DNA of 64,000 bases from positions 46,915 through 110,914 of the IMG/VR virus record IMGVR_UViG_3300029448_000003; one strand, 5' to 3'. The translations under genes and the position numbers were made by a program. The notes beneath the pieces are model-generated. The model did not search any database and was not told the origin of the DNA. It worked only from the letters and a program-made list of their open reading frames with translations. Shown in pieces: positions 26,784 to 36,429 of this stretch (its first letter is position 1; each line of letters begins with the position of its first letter). Source of the DNA: a virus.

Positions 26784-27164
26784 ATGGCAGCTCCAAATAT
26801 AGTCAACGTAACTTCAATACTAGGTAAAACAGCTTATGATGCTGATGTTGCAACGAGTGCAGCAACACTACTAGACAATGGAGCAACTACTAATAAATTA
26901 TTAAAAATTAATAGTATTATTGCCGCGAATATTGATGGAACAAATGATGCAGATATTACAGTTTTTGTAACTTTACAAACAAATACTAACACTACACTTT
27001 TTCATTTAGCAAAAACAGTTACAGTTCCAGCAGATTCATCCCTTGTTATCATATCAAAAGATACATCTTTTTATTTAGAAGAAGATAGAGCAATTCGTGC
27101 CCTTGCAAGTGCAACTGGTGATATTAGTTTAATGTGTTCTTATGAAGAATTAGATGATGCTTAA
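26784..27164 (+). CDS. fiber-associated structural protein
   Basis: MAAPNIVNVTSILGKT...VPADSSLV...YLEE. Confidence 0.7.
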   Translation: MAAPNIVNVTSILGKTAYDADVATSAATLLDNGATTNKLLKINSIIAANIDGTNDADITVFVTLQTNTNTTLFHLAKTVTVPADSSLVIISKDTSFYLEEDRAIRALASATGDISLMCSYEELDDA

Positions 27165-27166
27165 CT

Positions 27167-28168
27167 ATGTCTTTCAATTATTTTAATAATCAAAGCTATG
27201 TTGGCATAAGTGAAATTCTTAACTTTAAAGGTATATCTAGTATAGATAGTACTAGATTAAATACTGCTATAATAGGGGGTGCATTGTTTCGTAACACAAG
27301 TACTTCAAACCACACACATACTTGGACAGTTCCTGTAGGAGTACTCTCTGTTTCTGTTGTTTGTATCGGTGCAGGTGGTGGTGGTATGTATTATGCTAAT
27401 AGTAATCAAAATCACACTTATGCTATGGGTGGTGGTGCAGGTGGTGCTTTAGCATGGTTAAATGGTGTAACTGTTACTCCCGGTGAAAGTATTTCAATAC
27501 AAGTAGGTGGAAGAGGTAACTATGGTGCTTATCAAAATGGTTCAACTGCAGGTGGAGCTAGTTTTTTTAAAGATGTATCGACAATAAACGCTAATGGTGG
27601 TAGTCCGGGAAGATACAATACGGATTTAAGTGGTGCTACGTTTACTGTTTCTACTTCCTATGGAACTTATGGGGGTGGAAATGGTGGTGGAGTAAATTCA
27701 ACATCAAGTCAAGGCTATGGTCCTGCAGGTGGTGGTGGTGCAGGTGGTTATAGTGGAAATGGTGGAGATGGGCGAGATGATGCCGCTGCTTCAGGAGATA
27801 ATGGCTCTGGTGGTGCTGGTGGAGGTGGTGGTGCGGCTATGGGTGATTATACAGACCACATATCAGGTGGAGGAGGAGGAGTAGCTCCTTATGGTGAAGG
27901 TTCTAGTGGAAACGGCTCAAGCACTGGTGCTGGTGGTGGAGGTTCTGGTGGAGATAATACTGAAATACCTTCGGATTTAGCTCAAACTCAATCTGGTGGT
28001 CACTATGGTGGTGGTGGTGGTGGTAAATCATCAAGCTACTGGGGTAGTAGTGCAGGTTCTGGTGGACAAGGTGTAGTTAGGGTTATATGGGGTCCTTTAA
28101 GAACTTTTCCTTCAACAAATGTAGGGCAGGATTATTTAGGTTTTACAGAAACAACTTATTTTAACTAG
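27167..28168 (+). CDS. glycine-rich fiber/receptor-binding protein
   Basis: WTVP.GV..VSVVCIGAGGGG and poly-Gly repeats ending GVVRVIW. Confidence 0.75.
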   Translation: MSFNYFNNQSYVGISEILNFKGISSIDSTRLNTAIIGGALFRNTSTSNHTHTWTVPVGVLSVSVVCIGAGGGGMYYANSNQNHTYAMGGGAGGALAWLNGVTVTPGESISIQVGGRGNYGAYQNGSTAGGASFFKDVSTINANGGSPGRYNTDLSGATFTVSTSYGTYGGGNGGGVNSTSSQGYGPAGGGGAGGYSGNGGDGRDDAAASGDNGSGGAGGGGGAAMGDYTDHISGGGGGVAPYGEGSSGNGSSTGAGGGGSGGDNTEIPSDLAQTQSGGHYGGGGGGKSSSYWGSSAGSGGQGVVRVIWGPLRTFPSTNVGQDYLGFTETTYFN

Positions 28169-28177
28169 GCATTAAAA

Positions 28178-29329
28178 ATGAAAAGAAATAGTGGGTTTAT
28201 TACAGACGATAGAATAGTTACTAGCACTTTAGCTGCAAAAGGTGTCCACGATTTGCATGACGTTCATATTAAAAGAGTAGCAATTGAATGGCCCAGAACT
28301 CATAGGTTTTTATCTCTTACTCCTAGTGTAACAACTGTTACAGAGGGAAACGCTGTAACATTTACACTTGTTACAGAACACATTCCTAATAGTAGTACTT
28401 TATATTATACAATATCTACTGTTTCTGGTACTACTATGGTAGACGCTGATTTTAATAGTTCACCAAATAATGGTGGTATAGATGGTTCATTTAGTACTAC
28501 CAATAATTCAACTGCTATTGTTTTTGGCTTAGTTGCAGAAGTAAGTCCGGGGGATTCAGAAAGTAATGTATTTAAATTGCAGATAAGAACAGGAAGCACA
28601 TCTGGACCTATAGTTATTGAGTCTAGTGATATAACTGTAACTGATGCCATACAAATTGGAACAGATATTAGAAGTGCTTTTTATGAAATATCTAATAGAA
28701 CAATAGTGGATTCTTCTTCAGGCGATTACACTCTTGATTATGATGTTGGTGAAATACAACAAGCGTTTGGTGGAAGTGCAAGAGTTTATGTAGTGCTAAA
28801 ATGCACTACGGCAACAACGTATAGAAATGATATTTGTATAGCAGCTGTGCAAGTACTAAACTCTTCTAATGTAATACAACAGACTTGGAATTTTTCTGTT
28901 AATAACCAATCTTGGGAAGATAATGGCACAAGAATTGCTGGTTCTAGTAGCTTGTTAAGTAGTTATCTTACCCCATCTGATGTAGCTAGTTATTCAGGAT
29001 ATGCCGCTATTACAGCAGGTGCTGGTGTTAATGAAATTAATTTAGCATCTGGTACTGGTAGTACATACACAGGGATGGCAGATGGAATTGCTCCTACCCT
29101 AGTTGCTGTTTATTCTGTAGGAAACGGTACAGTAGCTCAAAGTAGTGGTGCTAATTATATATATGGTGAAGTAAGTGGAGCATCTAGATATTCTCATGTA
29201 GTTGCAAGAAGCCCTGCTCATACTTTTAGTGCTGGTGATAAAATAAGAGTTGTGCATGGTGTTGTAACTAATCCTACTGAATCTTCTACAATTAATATAA
29301 ATGATTCAATATGGATAGGAATTTATTAA
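28178..29329 (+). CDS. putative virion surface protein with Ig/Calx-beta-like domain
   Basis: VTEG..VTFT...LYYTI...ADF...F.LQIRTGS.SG. Confidence 0.6.
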   Translation: MKRNSGFITDDRIVTSTLAAKGVHDLHDVHIKRVAIEWPRTHRFLSLTPSVTTVTEGNAVTFTLVTEHIPNSSTLYYTISTVSGTTMVDADFNSSPNNGGIDGSFSTTNNSTAIVFGLVAEVSPGDSESNVFKLQIRTGSTSGPIVIESSDITVTDAIQIGTDIRSAFYEISNRTIVDSSSGDYTLDYDVGEIQQAFGGSARVYVVLKCTTATTYRNDICIAAVQVLNSSNVIQQTWNFSVNNQSWEDNGTRIAGSSSLLSSYLTPSDVASYSGYAAITAGAGVNEINLASGTGSTYTGMADGIAPTLVAVYSVGNGTVAQSSGANYIYGEVSGASRYSHVVARSPAHTFSAGDKIRVVHGVVTNPTESSTININDSIWIGIY

Positions 29330-29330
29330 A

Positions 29331-29615
29331 GTGTCACAAGATTTTAAACATAATTATTTTTATTCCTATAAAGAACAATACCCTTTAATATGGGATGAAC
29401 TACCACACAGAATACGATTATCAAATGGTAAGACAAGAACAGATAAAGAAAGTTTTACAAAAGAAGAACTAAAAGATGCTGGATATGCGTTAGTTGATAG
29501 ATATCCAAATTACAATGATGAAACGCATGTCTGTACTTGGAACGGTGCTGATTGGGTAGTTACACAACATCGTGATCCTAATAAGAAAATAATATTTTTT
29601 GACGATCCAGTTTAA
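29331..29615 (+). CDS. tail fiber assembly-like protein
   Basis: LPHRIRLSNG.TRTD...ELKDAGY...W.G..W. Confidence 0.6.
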   Translation: MSQDFKHNYFYSYKEQYPLIWDELPHRIRLSNGKTRTDKESFTKEELKDAGYALVDRYPNYNDETHVCTWNGADWVVTQHRDPNKKIIFFDDPV

Positions 29616-29617
29616 CA

Positions 29618-30016
29618 ATGTTTAGTACTAATCCATATTCCGTTGTTCCTTTTTCAACACTACCTTTAGCTGGAAGTGTACTAGTAGTTACAGGTGTTAA
29701 TACAGATGGTTTAGTTACTCTTCCTTATTTTGATAATACAACTGCTGTAGAATCTGTAAATAGTAATGCAACTGTAAATGTAACATTTTTAAGTACAGGT
29801 GGTATTGATGTATCAGAATCACCTCTTGAATTTGTATCAAGTACAGGTGTTGCAGGAACAGTAGATACTTTAACAAGCACCACAGCTACAGGTGTTGTTA
29901 GTCAAGGTATTGCAAATCTTGGTGTAAGTCCTGCTAGTGGTACGGCATTTGATTTTTCTGCACACGCAGATAACTATAGCAGAAGACGTACAGCATACGT
30001 AAGAAGAGTAGCATAA
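29618..30016 (+). CDS. virion structural protein
   Basis: MFSTNPYSVVPFS start; Thr/Val/Gly rich. Confidence 0.6.
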   Translation: MFSTNPYSVVPFSTLPLAGSVLVVTGVNTDGLVTLPYFDNTTAVESVNSNATVNVTFLSTGGIDVSESPLEFVSSTGVAGTVDTLTSTTATGVVSQGIANLGVSPASGTAFDFSAHADNYSRRRTAYVRRVA

Positions 30017-30183
30017 TGCGTAGCACAAAAGAAAGAACAATAAATGTACCTGTTGAAAATAGATTTGCGTACATTGAAACTCAAAATATAGCAAGAACAA
30101 TAAATGTACCTGTTGAAACAAGAAAAGTTTATATAGAATCTCAAACAACAACAGGAGAACGAACAGTATTAATAATGGAGTAA
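30016..30183 (+). CDS. small protein with RTINVPVE repeat (55 aa)
   Basis: Manual translation; TAATG coupling; 26 bp exact repeat at 30033 and 30093. Confidence 0.6.
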   Translation: MRSTKERTINVPVENRFAYIETQNIARTINVPVETRKVYIESQTTTGERTVLIME

Positions 30184-30186
30184 AAT

Positions 30187-30753
30187 ATGTCTTTTCGATG
30201 GCCCTCTAAAGACCCAGATGAACAATTAGATTTTAGTGTAGATTGGTCACGGTGGTTAGGAACAGCAACCATACCAAACGTAGGTTCAGTTGTATGGTCT
30301 TTAAAATCAAGTGAATATGATACAGAAGTAAACGTTGATGACGGTCAATCTTTCAGCACGGCATCACAAGGTACAGCTGCTGTAAACGGTGCAACAACAT
30401 CTTCAACTACTGTTGCTTTAGATGGGCATGCTAACGAACCTATTCAAGTTGGTATGACGGTAACAGGTTCAGGAATATCTGGAACAGTAACTGTTACGGC
30501 TGTAGCAAGTCAATCTAGTATAACACTTTCGTCTGCACAAACTTTAAGTAATGATGTAACTTTAACATTTACAGGCACTACAGATAACATACAAAAAATA
30601 GGAGCAACAACTTTAGATTCAACAAGTCAAGTAGCAACTTTACAAATTGCAGGTGGTGTTACAGGCAGAGAGTACACATGGTTTTGTAAAATTACAGATA
30701 GCACTGGAAGCATTGCAAAACGAAGTATTAAATTAGCAGTAAGGGATAAATAA
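30187..30753 (+). CDS. fiber-tail adaptor-like protein with inserted beta module
   Basis: WPSKDPDEQLDFSVDW...GG..G..Y...C.IT...RSI.L. Confidence 0.7.
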   Translation: MSFRWPSKDPDEQLDFSVDWSRWLGTATIPNVGSVVWSLKSSEYDTEVNVDDGQSFSTASQGTAAVNGATTSSTTVALDGHANEPIQVGMTVTGSGISGTVTVTAVASQSSITLSSAQTLSNDVTLTFTGTTDNIQKIGATTLDSTSQVATLQIAGGVTGREYTWFCKITDSTGSIAKRSIKLAVRDK

Positions 30754-30754
30754 T

Positions 30755-31507
30755 ATGGCATATAATTTTTTAGGTGTTGTTAATGATATCAATAGTAGAT
30801 TAAATGAAGTACAGTTAACTTCTTCTAATTTTGCAACAGCAACAGGTTTTTATCAATCAGCAAAAGAAGCAATTAATTCTTCTATACGATATATTAATCA
30901 ATCTGAATATGAATGGCCCTTTAATCATGTAACACAAGAAGATGTGCTAACTGTAAATGTAGGTCGTTACCCTTTTCCAGCAGATGCTAAAACAATTAAC
31001 TTTAGAAGTTTTCGTATTAAAGAAGATTCAACATTAAATAATTCAACGGTAAAATTAAAAGAGTTAATATACAACGAATATCTAGATAGGTATGTAGATC
31101 AAGAATATAAAGAGAACCCTGTAGCAGGAGTTCCTAATCATATTATTGCTGCACCATCATTAGAGTATATTGTAACACCTGTTCCTGATAAAGCATATAA
31201 ATTAATATACGAATATTACAGAATAGCTGTGGACTTAATTAATGCAACAGATGTTCCTGCTGTACCTGAACGTTTTAGACATGTTATTATAGATGGAGCA
31301 ATGCACTATGCTTATTTGTTTAGAGGTAATACCCAAGATGCTACAGTAGCAAAACAAAAGTTTGATGATGGCATAAAACATATGCGTTCTTTACTTATTA
31401 ATAACTATACCTATGTTCGTTCTTATATGATACCAACAATTGCAGGTGGTAGAGGTAGAGTAGGTAGTTCACTCGTCAATGCAGGTTCTTCATTGGATTC
31501 ACTATAA
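30755..31507 (+). CDS. tail tubular protein A / head-tail adaptor
   Basis: FL..VN....RLNEV, EWPF, P.PDKAY; position. Confidence 0.75.
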   Translation: MAYNFLGVVNDINSRLNEVQLTSSNFATATGFYQSAKEAINSSIRYINQSEYEWPFNHVTQEDVLTVNVGRYPFPADAKTINFRSFRIKEDSTLNNSTVKLKELIYNEYLDRYVDQEYKENPVAGVPNHIIAAPSLEYIVTPVPDKAYKLIYEYYRIAVDLINATDVPAVPERFRHVIIDGAMHYAYLFRGNTQDATVAKQKFDDGIKHMRSLLINNYTYVRSYMIPTIAGGRGRVGSSLVNAGSSLDSL

Positions 31508-34500
31508 TGGCAGATACTTTACAAACCTTACCCTTAGAATTTAGTGGTGGTTTAATTACAAGTTTATCACCACTACAACAAGGAACAAAAGCTCCCGGAT
31601 CAGCACGAAAGCTTGTTAACTTTGAGCCTTCTGTTGGTGGTGGTTATAGAAGATTAGAAGGGTATGTAAAGTATGCAGACGATATTGTTCCCCCATACGG
31701 AGAACCTAGTCTATTTAGTCAAATAGCAAAAGATGCTAATACAAGCATCACAATACAAAACTTATCTATGCAACCTGCCGTAGGTGACACATTTGAAGTT
31801 AGAGGTCGTACTGCAACAGCACTTGTTAATAACGATAGTGGTAGTGCAGATACATCTGTTCCTATAGACAATATAGTAGGACCTATCACTATAGGTATGG
31901 CTGTTAGTGGAACAGGTATAAGTGCAGGAACTACTGTAACAAACATTACTACTCAGCAAAATGGTCTTAATACAATATATACTGTAGTTTTAAGTGCTTC
32001 TGTAGCATTAACTAATAATGTAACACTAACATTTACTTCTGATACTAAAACTTACACGATACAGGATTTATCTTCTACTTTTGAGTTTTCAACGCAGCAA
32101 GTTACCATTTCTCCTGCTTTATCTTATCAAACAGCACATAATGAAAAAATAGTCTTTACAAAAGGAACAAACTCTGATATACTAGGAGTACATATTTGGA
32201 ACGATACAACAGTTGTTGCAAGAGGTTTAGATTTATACACAAGTAAAGGTGGTGGTTGGACAAAAATTAGTACACCAGATTATGGACAAGCTTCTATAAA
32301 ATATGGAATTGAAACAAATACCTCTGTAATATTTACTGGTTTAAATCAAATGCCAAAAATAGGAGATACTTTTACTGTAGAAGATTCTTATCGTGATTAT
32401 ACTTTTCCTTATCATAATATAAATGATGGCAGATTTCATAAAGCTGTTTATATAATTACAAAAGTTGAAAATTATAACAATGCTTTTACAGAAACACAAG
32501 TTGAACAAGATGGAGTAGCTAACAAAGGAACAGCTTTAATAACTTTTAGAACTAGGTATACTCACAATAATTATAATTACTACAACACTGGACAATCTAC
32601 TAATGGTTTAACGATATCTGTACAAGAAGGGGATCGTGTTAAATTTCAAAGTGCTTATAGCAGAGAAAAAACAACGTCACGTTTTAGATTTGCTAATTTT
32701 AATTTTGATGGTGTAGAAAAATTTATTGCTGTAGATGGTAAAAACGCTCCAGTATATTATGATGGGGGTAGTTTTAAATCATTAGCTAGATATGTAGATT
32801 CTAATGGAATAGAAAAAGATACACCAAATGATATTATAGGTGCTTCTTTTGTTACAGAATTTAAAAATCACATTTTTTATGGAAATAAAAACATATTAGC
32901 TCATTCGCAAATAAATACGTTTTCAGGTTTTGATGCTTCTGTGGGAGCAACAACACGAAATGTAGGAAATGACATTTCAGGTTTTGAAGTTTTTCGTAAC
33001 CAACTTATTATATTTGGAAGACAACGCATACAAAAAATTACAGGAATGGGAGAAGTAGATTGGGCTCTACAACCTATTACAACAGATATAGGTTGTCCTT
33101 ATCCAGATACTATAAAAGAAATAGGTGGGGATATAGTATTTTTAGGACCTGATGGTGTTCGTTCTTTAAGTGGAACAGAACAATTTAATGAGTTTAATTT
33201 AGCTGTTATTTCTAAAAATATTCAAGATGAAATAACAACTTTAATAAAAGATAATTTAGAATTTTGTAGTATGGTAGTTAGAGGTAAATCTCAATATCGT
33301 TTATTTGGTTACAAAAAAGATAGAGAAGCTATTGCAGGAACAACTACTGAAGGTTTTATAGGTACTCAACTAGCTGAAGGTTTTTCATGGAGTACTATCT
33401 CAGGGTACAAAGCAAAAATAGCAACAAGTTCTTATCTAGCTTATCCTACAGACATAGATGAATTAATTCTATATGCTAATGAAACAGAGCATATTTATCA
33501 AATGGAAAAAGGTACAACGTTAGATGGTTCTGACATTGTTGCACGGTATGCTTCTCCTTTTATGCCTATACGTGACCCACAGAAAAGAAAATCATTACAT
33601 AAGATGAAATTATTTACTGATCCTGAAGGAGATGTAGTTGGAGATGTATCTATTAAATTTGATTTTGAAGATAGTAATATTATACAGCCTGAAGCAATAC
33701 CAATTACAAACGTAACAAATACTGCTACTACAGCAAAATATAATACAAGTAAAACTATGCATAGTGGTATTATTTATGCAAATACTGCAACAGGATATAA
33801 TAGTACAACAGCAAATAAATTAAAAATGATTGGTTTAACTAGACCACTACAGGTAGGAGATGTTGTTCGTTTTTCAGGAATACATCAGCAATACTCAACA
33901 GCAGACGGTATATCTTTAACACAGTATGGTAATCTTCTGTTTAATAGTACTGGTTTGATAAAAAATTATAGCAATTCAAGCTCATCTTTAAATTTAAGTT
34001 TTACGCATCCTCTTTTTACAACACGGTTTGTAAAATTTCTTAATCCTACAAGTAGATTAGACTATCAATTTGGAACAGATAATGTTGTAGCTGACGCAAC
34101 TAGTGGTTGGGGTACAGTTTTAAAAGGTGGTACTTTAATTATTGATGTTAGTGATAGTAGCATGGCAGGTAAAAGTGTATTTTTCTCAACTACTGCTGAT
34201 GGAACACATGGTGGTGGAACACCTATACTAGACGGATACGATACTGGAGATATACCTGCAGGAAGTAATGGAGCAAAGATAACATGGACTATTCCAACAA
34301 ATTTAAGTGGTGCTGTGTATTATTATGTTGCTGAAAATTCAGGTTTAGGAAATACTGGAAATCTAACTTTTGAAAGTTTAGGCACACAAATAACTACAAC
34401 GTCTTCTCCAATACCAACAAGTATGGAGTTTGAAGTTGCTAGTTTAGTAGATTATCCGGGAAATGGAAGTTGGCTATCTTCTATAGCAAACAATACAGGA

Positions 34501-34893
34501 ATGGTTAATAATGGTTTTACAGCTAATGCTGCAAACCTAGAGTATAAAAATGCTAATAATCAAACACGCTATGCACAAGAAGCTATTTTCTTTCAAAAAG
34601 GCTTTACTGCTCCTAATAGTGGTAATACAACATCAGGTGAAAATTTTTATTTATCAGGGTTAGGGCTAGAAGGAGCTACACATTTTTATGTAGTAACCGA
34701 TCCTGATCCATTATTATTAAATGACCAAGAAATTAATAAATTTCCTGTTCAAGACAGCATTAAAAAAGTGTATGAAAAACAATTAATCGGTTCAGGTTTT
34801 AATGCATCATTAGATTTTACAACAACAGATAAATCAAAACCATATTCAATTGATATGGCTACATTTGATTACATAGAACATTCACATTCGTAA
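31507..34893 (+). CDS. tail tubular protein B / nozzle with inserted domains
   Basis: GGL...NFEPSVGGGYRR, DIGC..PDTI.EIGGDIVFLGPDG.R. Confidence 0.75.
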   Translation: MADTLQTLPLEFSGGLITSLSPLQQGTKAPGSARKLVNFEPSVGGGYRRLEGYVKYADDIVPPYGEPSLFSQIAKDANTSITIQNLSMQPAVGDTFEVRGRTATALVNNDSGSADTSVPIDNIVGPITIGMAVSGTGISAGTTVTNITTQQNGLNTIYTVVLSASVALTNNVTLTFTSDTKTYTIQDLSSTFEFSTQQVTISPALSYQTAHNEKIVFTKGTNSDILGVHIWNDTTVVARGLDLYTSKGGGWTKISTPDYGQASIKYGIETNTSVIFTGLNQMPKIGDTFTVEDSYRDYTFPYHNINDGRFHKAVYIITKVENYNNAFTETQVEQDGVANKGTALITFRTRYTHNNYNYYNTGQSTNGLTISVQEGDRVKFQSAYSREKTTSRFRFANFNFDGVEKFIAVDGKNAPVYYDGGSFKSLARYVDSNGIEKDTPNDIIGASFVTEFKNHIFYGNKNILAHSQINTFSGFDASVGATTRNVGNDISGFEVFRNQLIIFGRQRIQKITGMGEVDWALQPITTDIGCPYPDTIKEIGGDIVFLGPDGVRSLSGTEQFNEFNLAVISKNIQDEITTLIKDNLEFCSMVVRGKSQYRLFGYKKDREAIAGTTTEGFIGTQLAEGFSWSTISGYKAKIATSSYLAYPTDIDELILYANETEHIYQMEKGTTLDGSDIVARYASPFMPIRDPQKRKSLHKMKLFTDPEGDVVGDVSIKFDFEDSNIIQPEAIPITNVTNTATTAKYNTSKTMHSGIIYANTATGYNSTTANKLKMIGLTRPLQVGDVVRFSGIHQQYSTADGISLTQYGNLLFNSTGLIKNYSNSSSSLNLSFTHPLFTTRFVKFLNPTSRLDYQFGTDNVVADATSGWGTVLKGGTLIIDVSDSSMAGKSVFFSTTADGTHGGGTPILDGYDTGDIPAGSNGAKITWTIPTNLSGAVYYYVAENSGLGNTGNLTFESLGTQITTTSSPIPTSMEFEVASLVDYPGNGSWLSSIANNTGMVNNGFTANAANLEYKNANNQTRYAQEAIFFQKGFTAPNSGNTTSGENFYLSGLGLEGATHFYVVTDPDPLLLNDQEINKFPVQDSIKKVYEKQLIGSGFNASLDFTTTDKSKPYSIDMATFDYIEHSHS

Positions 34894-34905
34894 GGAGAAA
34901 ACATT

Positions 34906-36429
34906 ATGCCAATAGGATATGCAAGTCGAAATGACACATCTAATAACATTGCTTCAGGACAAGTATTAAATGCTGCAGATTTAGATGGAGAGTTTGATGC
35001 CATTCTAGTTGCTTTTAACAGCACGACAGGACATACGCATGATGGTGTGTCAAGTGGTCAAGGAGGTCCAGTTTCAAAAGTAGGTGAAACGGTTGGTGGG
35101 GATTTAGAAGTTATATCTTCTGGTATATTTCCAACAGTAACAGCTACTTTAGATATAGGTAAACCTACTGCAACGTTTAATAACATCTATATTGGAGATA
35201 ATAAATACCTTTATATAGGAGCAGATTCGGATTATAAACTAGGTTATAGTTCATCTGATACTGCTTTTTGTATTGAAGCTGCTAATTCTCAACCTATTGA
35301 TATACGTTTAAAAGCAGATAGGGGTGATAATAATGGTGATATATGGGTACTAGAAACATTAGATAGTTCAGGTGGTGGTGATTTTGTATTAAAAAATAAT
35401 ATTTCTGGTAGTTTTGTTGATATGTTTAAAATAGACCCTCATTCTACTGCTACGTCTATTGAAACTACAATTACAGGTTCATTAGTTACTACACACGACA
35501 TGACATTAAAAAATGATGGTGCAATTTTAGGTTTTGGTGCAGATACAGATACAACTCTAACACACACAGACGGAACAGGTTTAACTCTTAATGGCACAAA
35601 TAAGTTAACATTTGGAGATGCCGCTAGTTTTATACATCAAAGTTCCGATGGTACTTTAGTTATAGATGGTGAACAGGAAATTCATTTAGATGCTTCAACA
35701 CAAGTATCAATAACTACACCAAAACTAAAATTAGATAGTGATGGTGCTTATATAGGTTTTGGTGCAAATAATGAAGTAACACTTACTCATGTTCATAATG
35801 ATGGATTAAAACTTTCTGGTAATGACCAATTACAATTTGGTGATAGTGGCACGTATATTCATCAATCTGCTGATGGTGTTCTTGATTTAGTTTCAGATAC
35901 AGAAATAGAGATTAATGCTAATACAGTAGATATTAATGCTAGTATAGATGTATCAGGTACGTCTTTGTTTGCAGGAGCTACAACACACTCTGCTGGTATT
36001 CAAATAGCAGACGGTGGTACAATTGGGTCTGTAAGTGATACAGATGCTATGACTATTTCTGGTGCAGGACTTGTCACATTCTCAAAACCTGTTGTACCTG
36101 CAACACAAACGGCAGCATTTAGTTCTCTTTCTTCAGGTGTATTAAACTTTGATAGTTTTCAAAATTTTGTAATAACTTTAGGAACAGGTACAAATACTTT
36201 TGGTGCACCTACTACTGAAGCAGGAAATATAGGTCAAACAGGTACGCTTATTTTAGTGCAACCTTCAGGTGGTACAGCAGGTACTGTATCAATGCATGCT
36301 GATTACAAAACAATTGGAAACGCTACTATATCGCTTTCAAGTGGAGCATCTAAAGTTGATCTTATTCCTTACATTATTCAATCAGAAAATAATATTCTAT
36401 TGGGCAACACAGAGTTAGATTTCTCATAA
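34906..36429 (+). CDS. tail fiber/spike protein
   Basis: AADLDGEFDAI..AF...GHTHDG N-term; two ~70 aa internal repeats. Confidence 0.75.
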   Translation: MPIGYASRNDTSNNIASGQVLNAADLDGEFDAILVAFNSTTGHTHDGVSSGQGGPVSKVGETVGGDLEVISSGIFPTVTATLDIGKPTATFNNIYIGDNKYLYIGADSDYKLGYSSSDTAFCIEAANSQPIDIRLKADRGDNNGDIWVLETLDSSGGGDFVLKNNISGSFVDMFKIDPHSTATSIETTITGSLVTTHDMTLKNDGAILGFGADTDTTLTHTDGTGLTLNGTNKLTFGDAASFIHQSSDGTLVIDGEQEIHLDASTQVSITTPKLKLDSDGAYIGFGANNEVTLTHVHNDGLKLSGNDQLQFGDSGTYIHQSADGVLDLVSDTEIEINANTVDINASIDVSGTSLFAGATTHSAGIQIADGGTIGSVSDTDAMTISGAGLVTFSKPVVPATQTAAFSSLSSGVLNFDSFQNFVITLGTGTNTFGAPTTEAGNIGQTGTLILVQPSGGTAGTVSMHADYKTIGNATISLSSGASKVDLIPYIIQSENNILLGNTELDFS

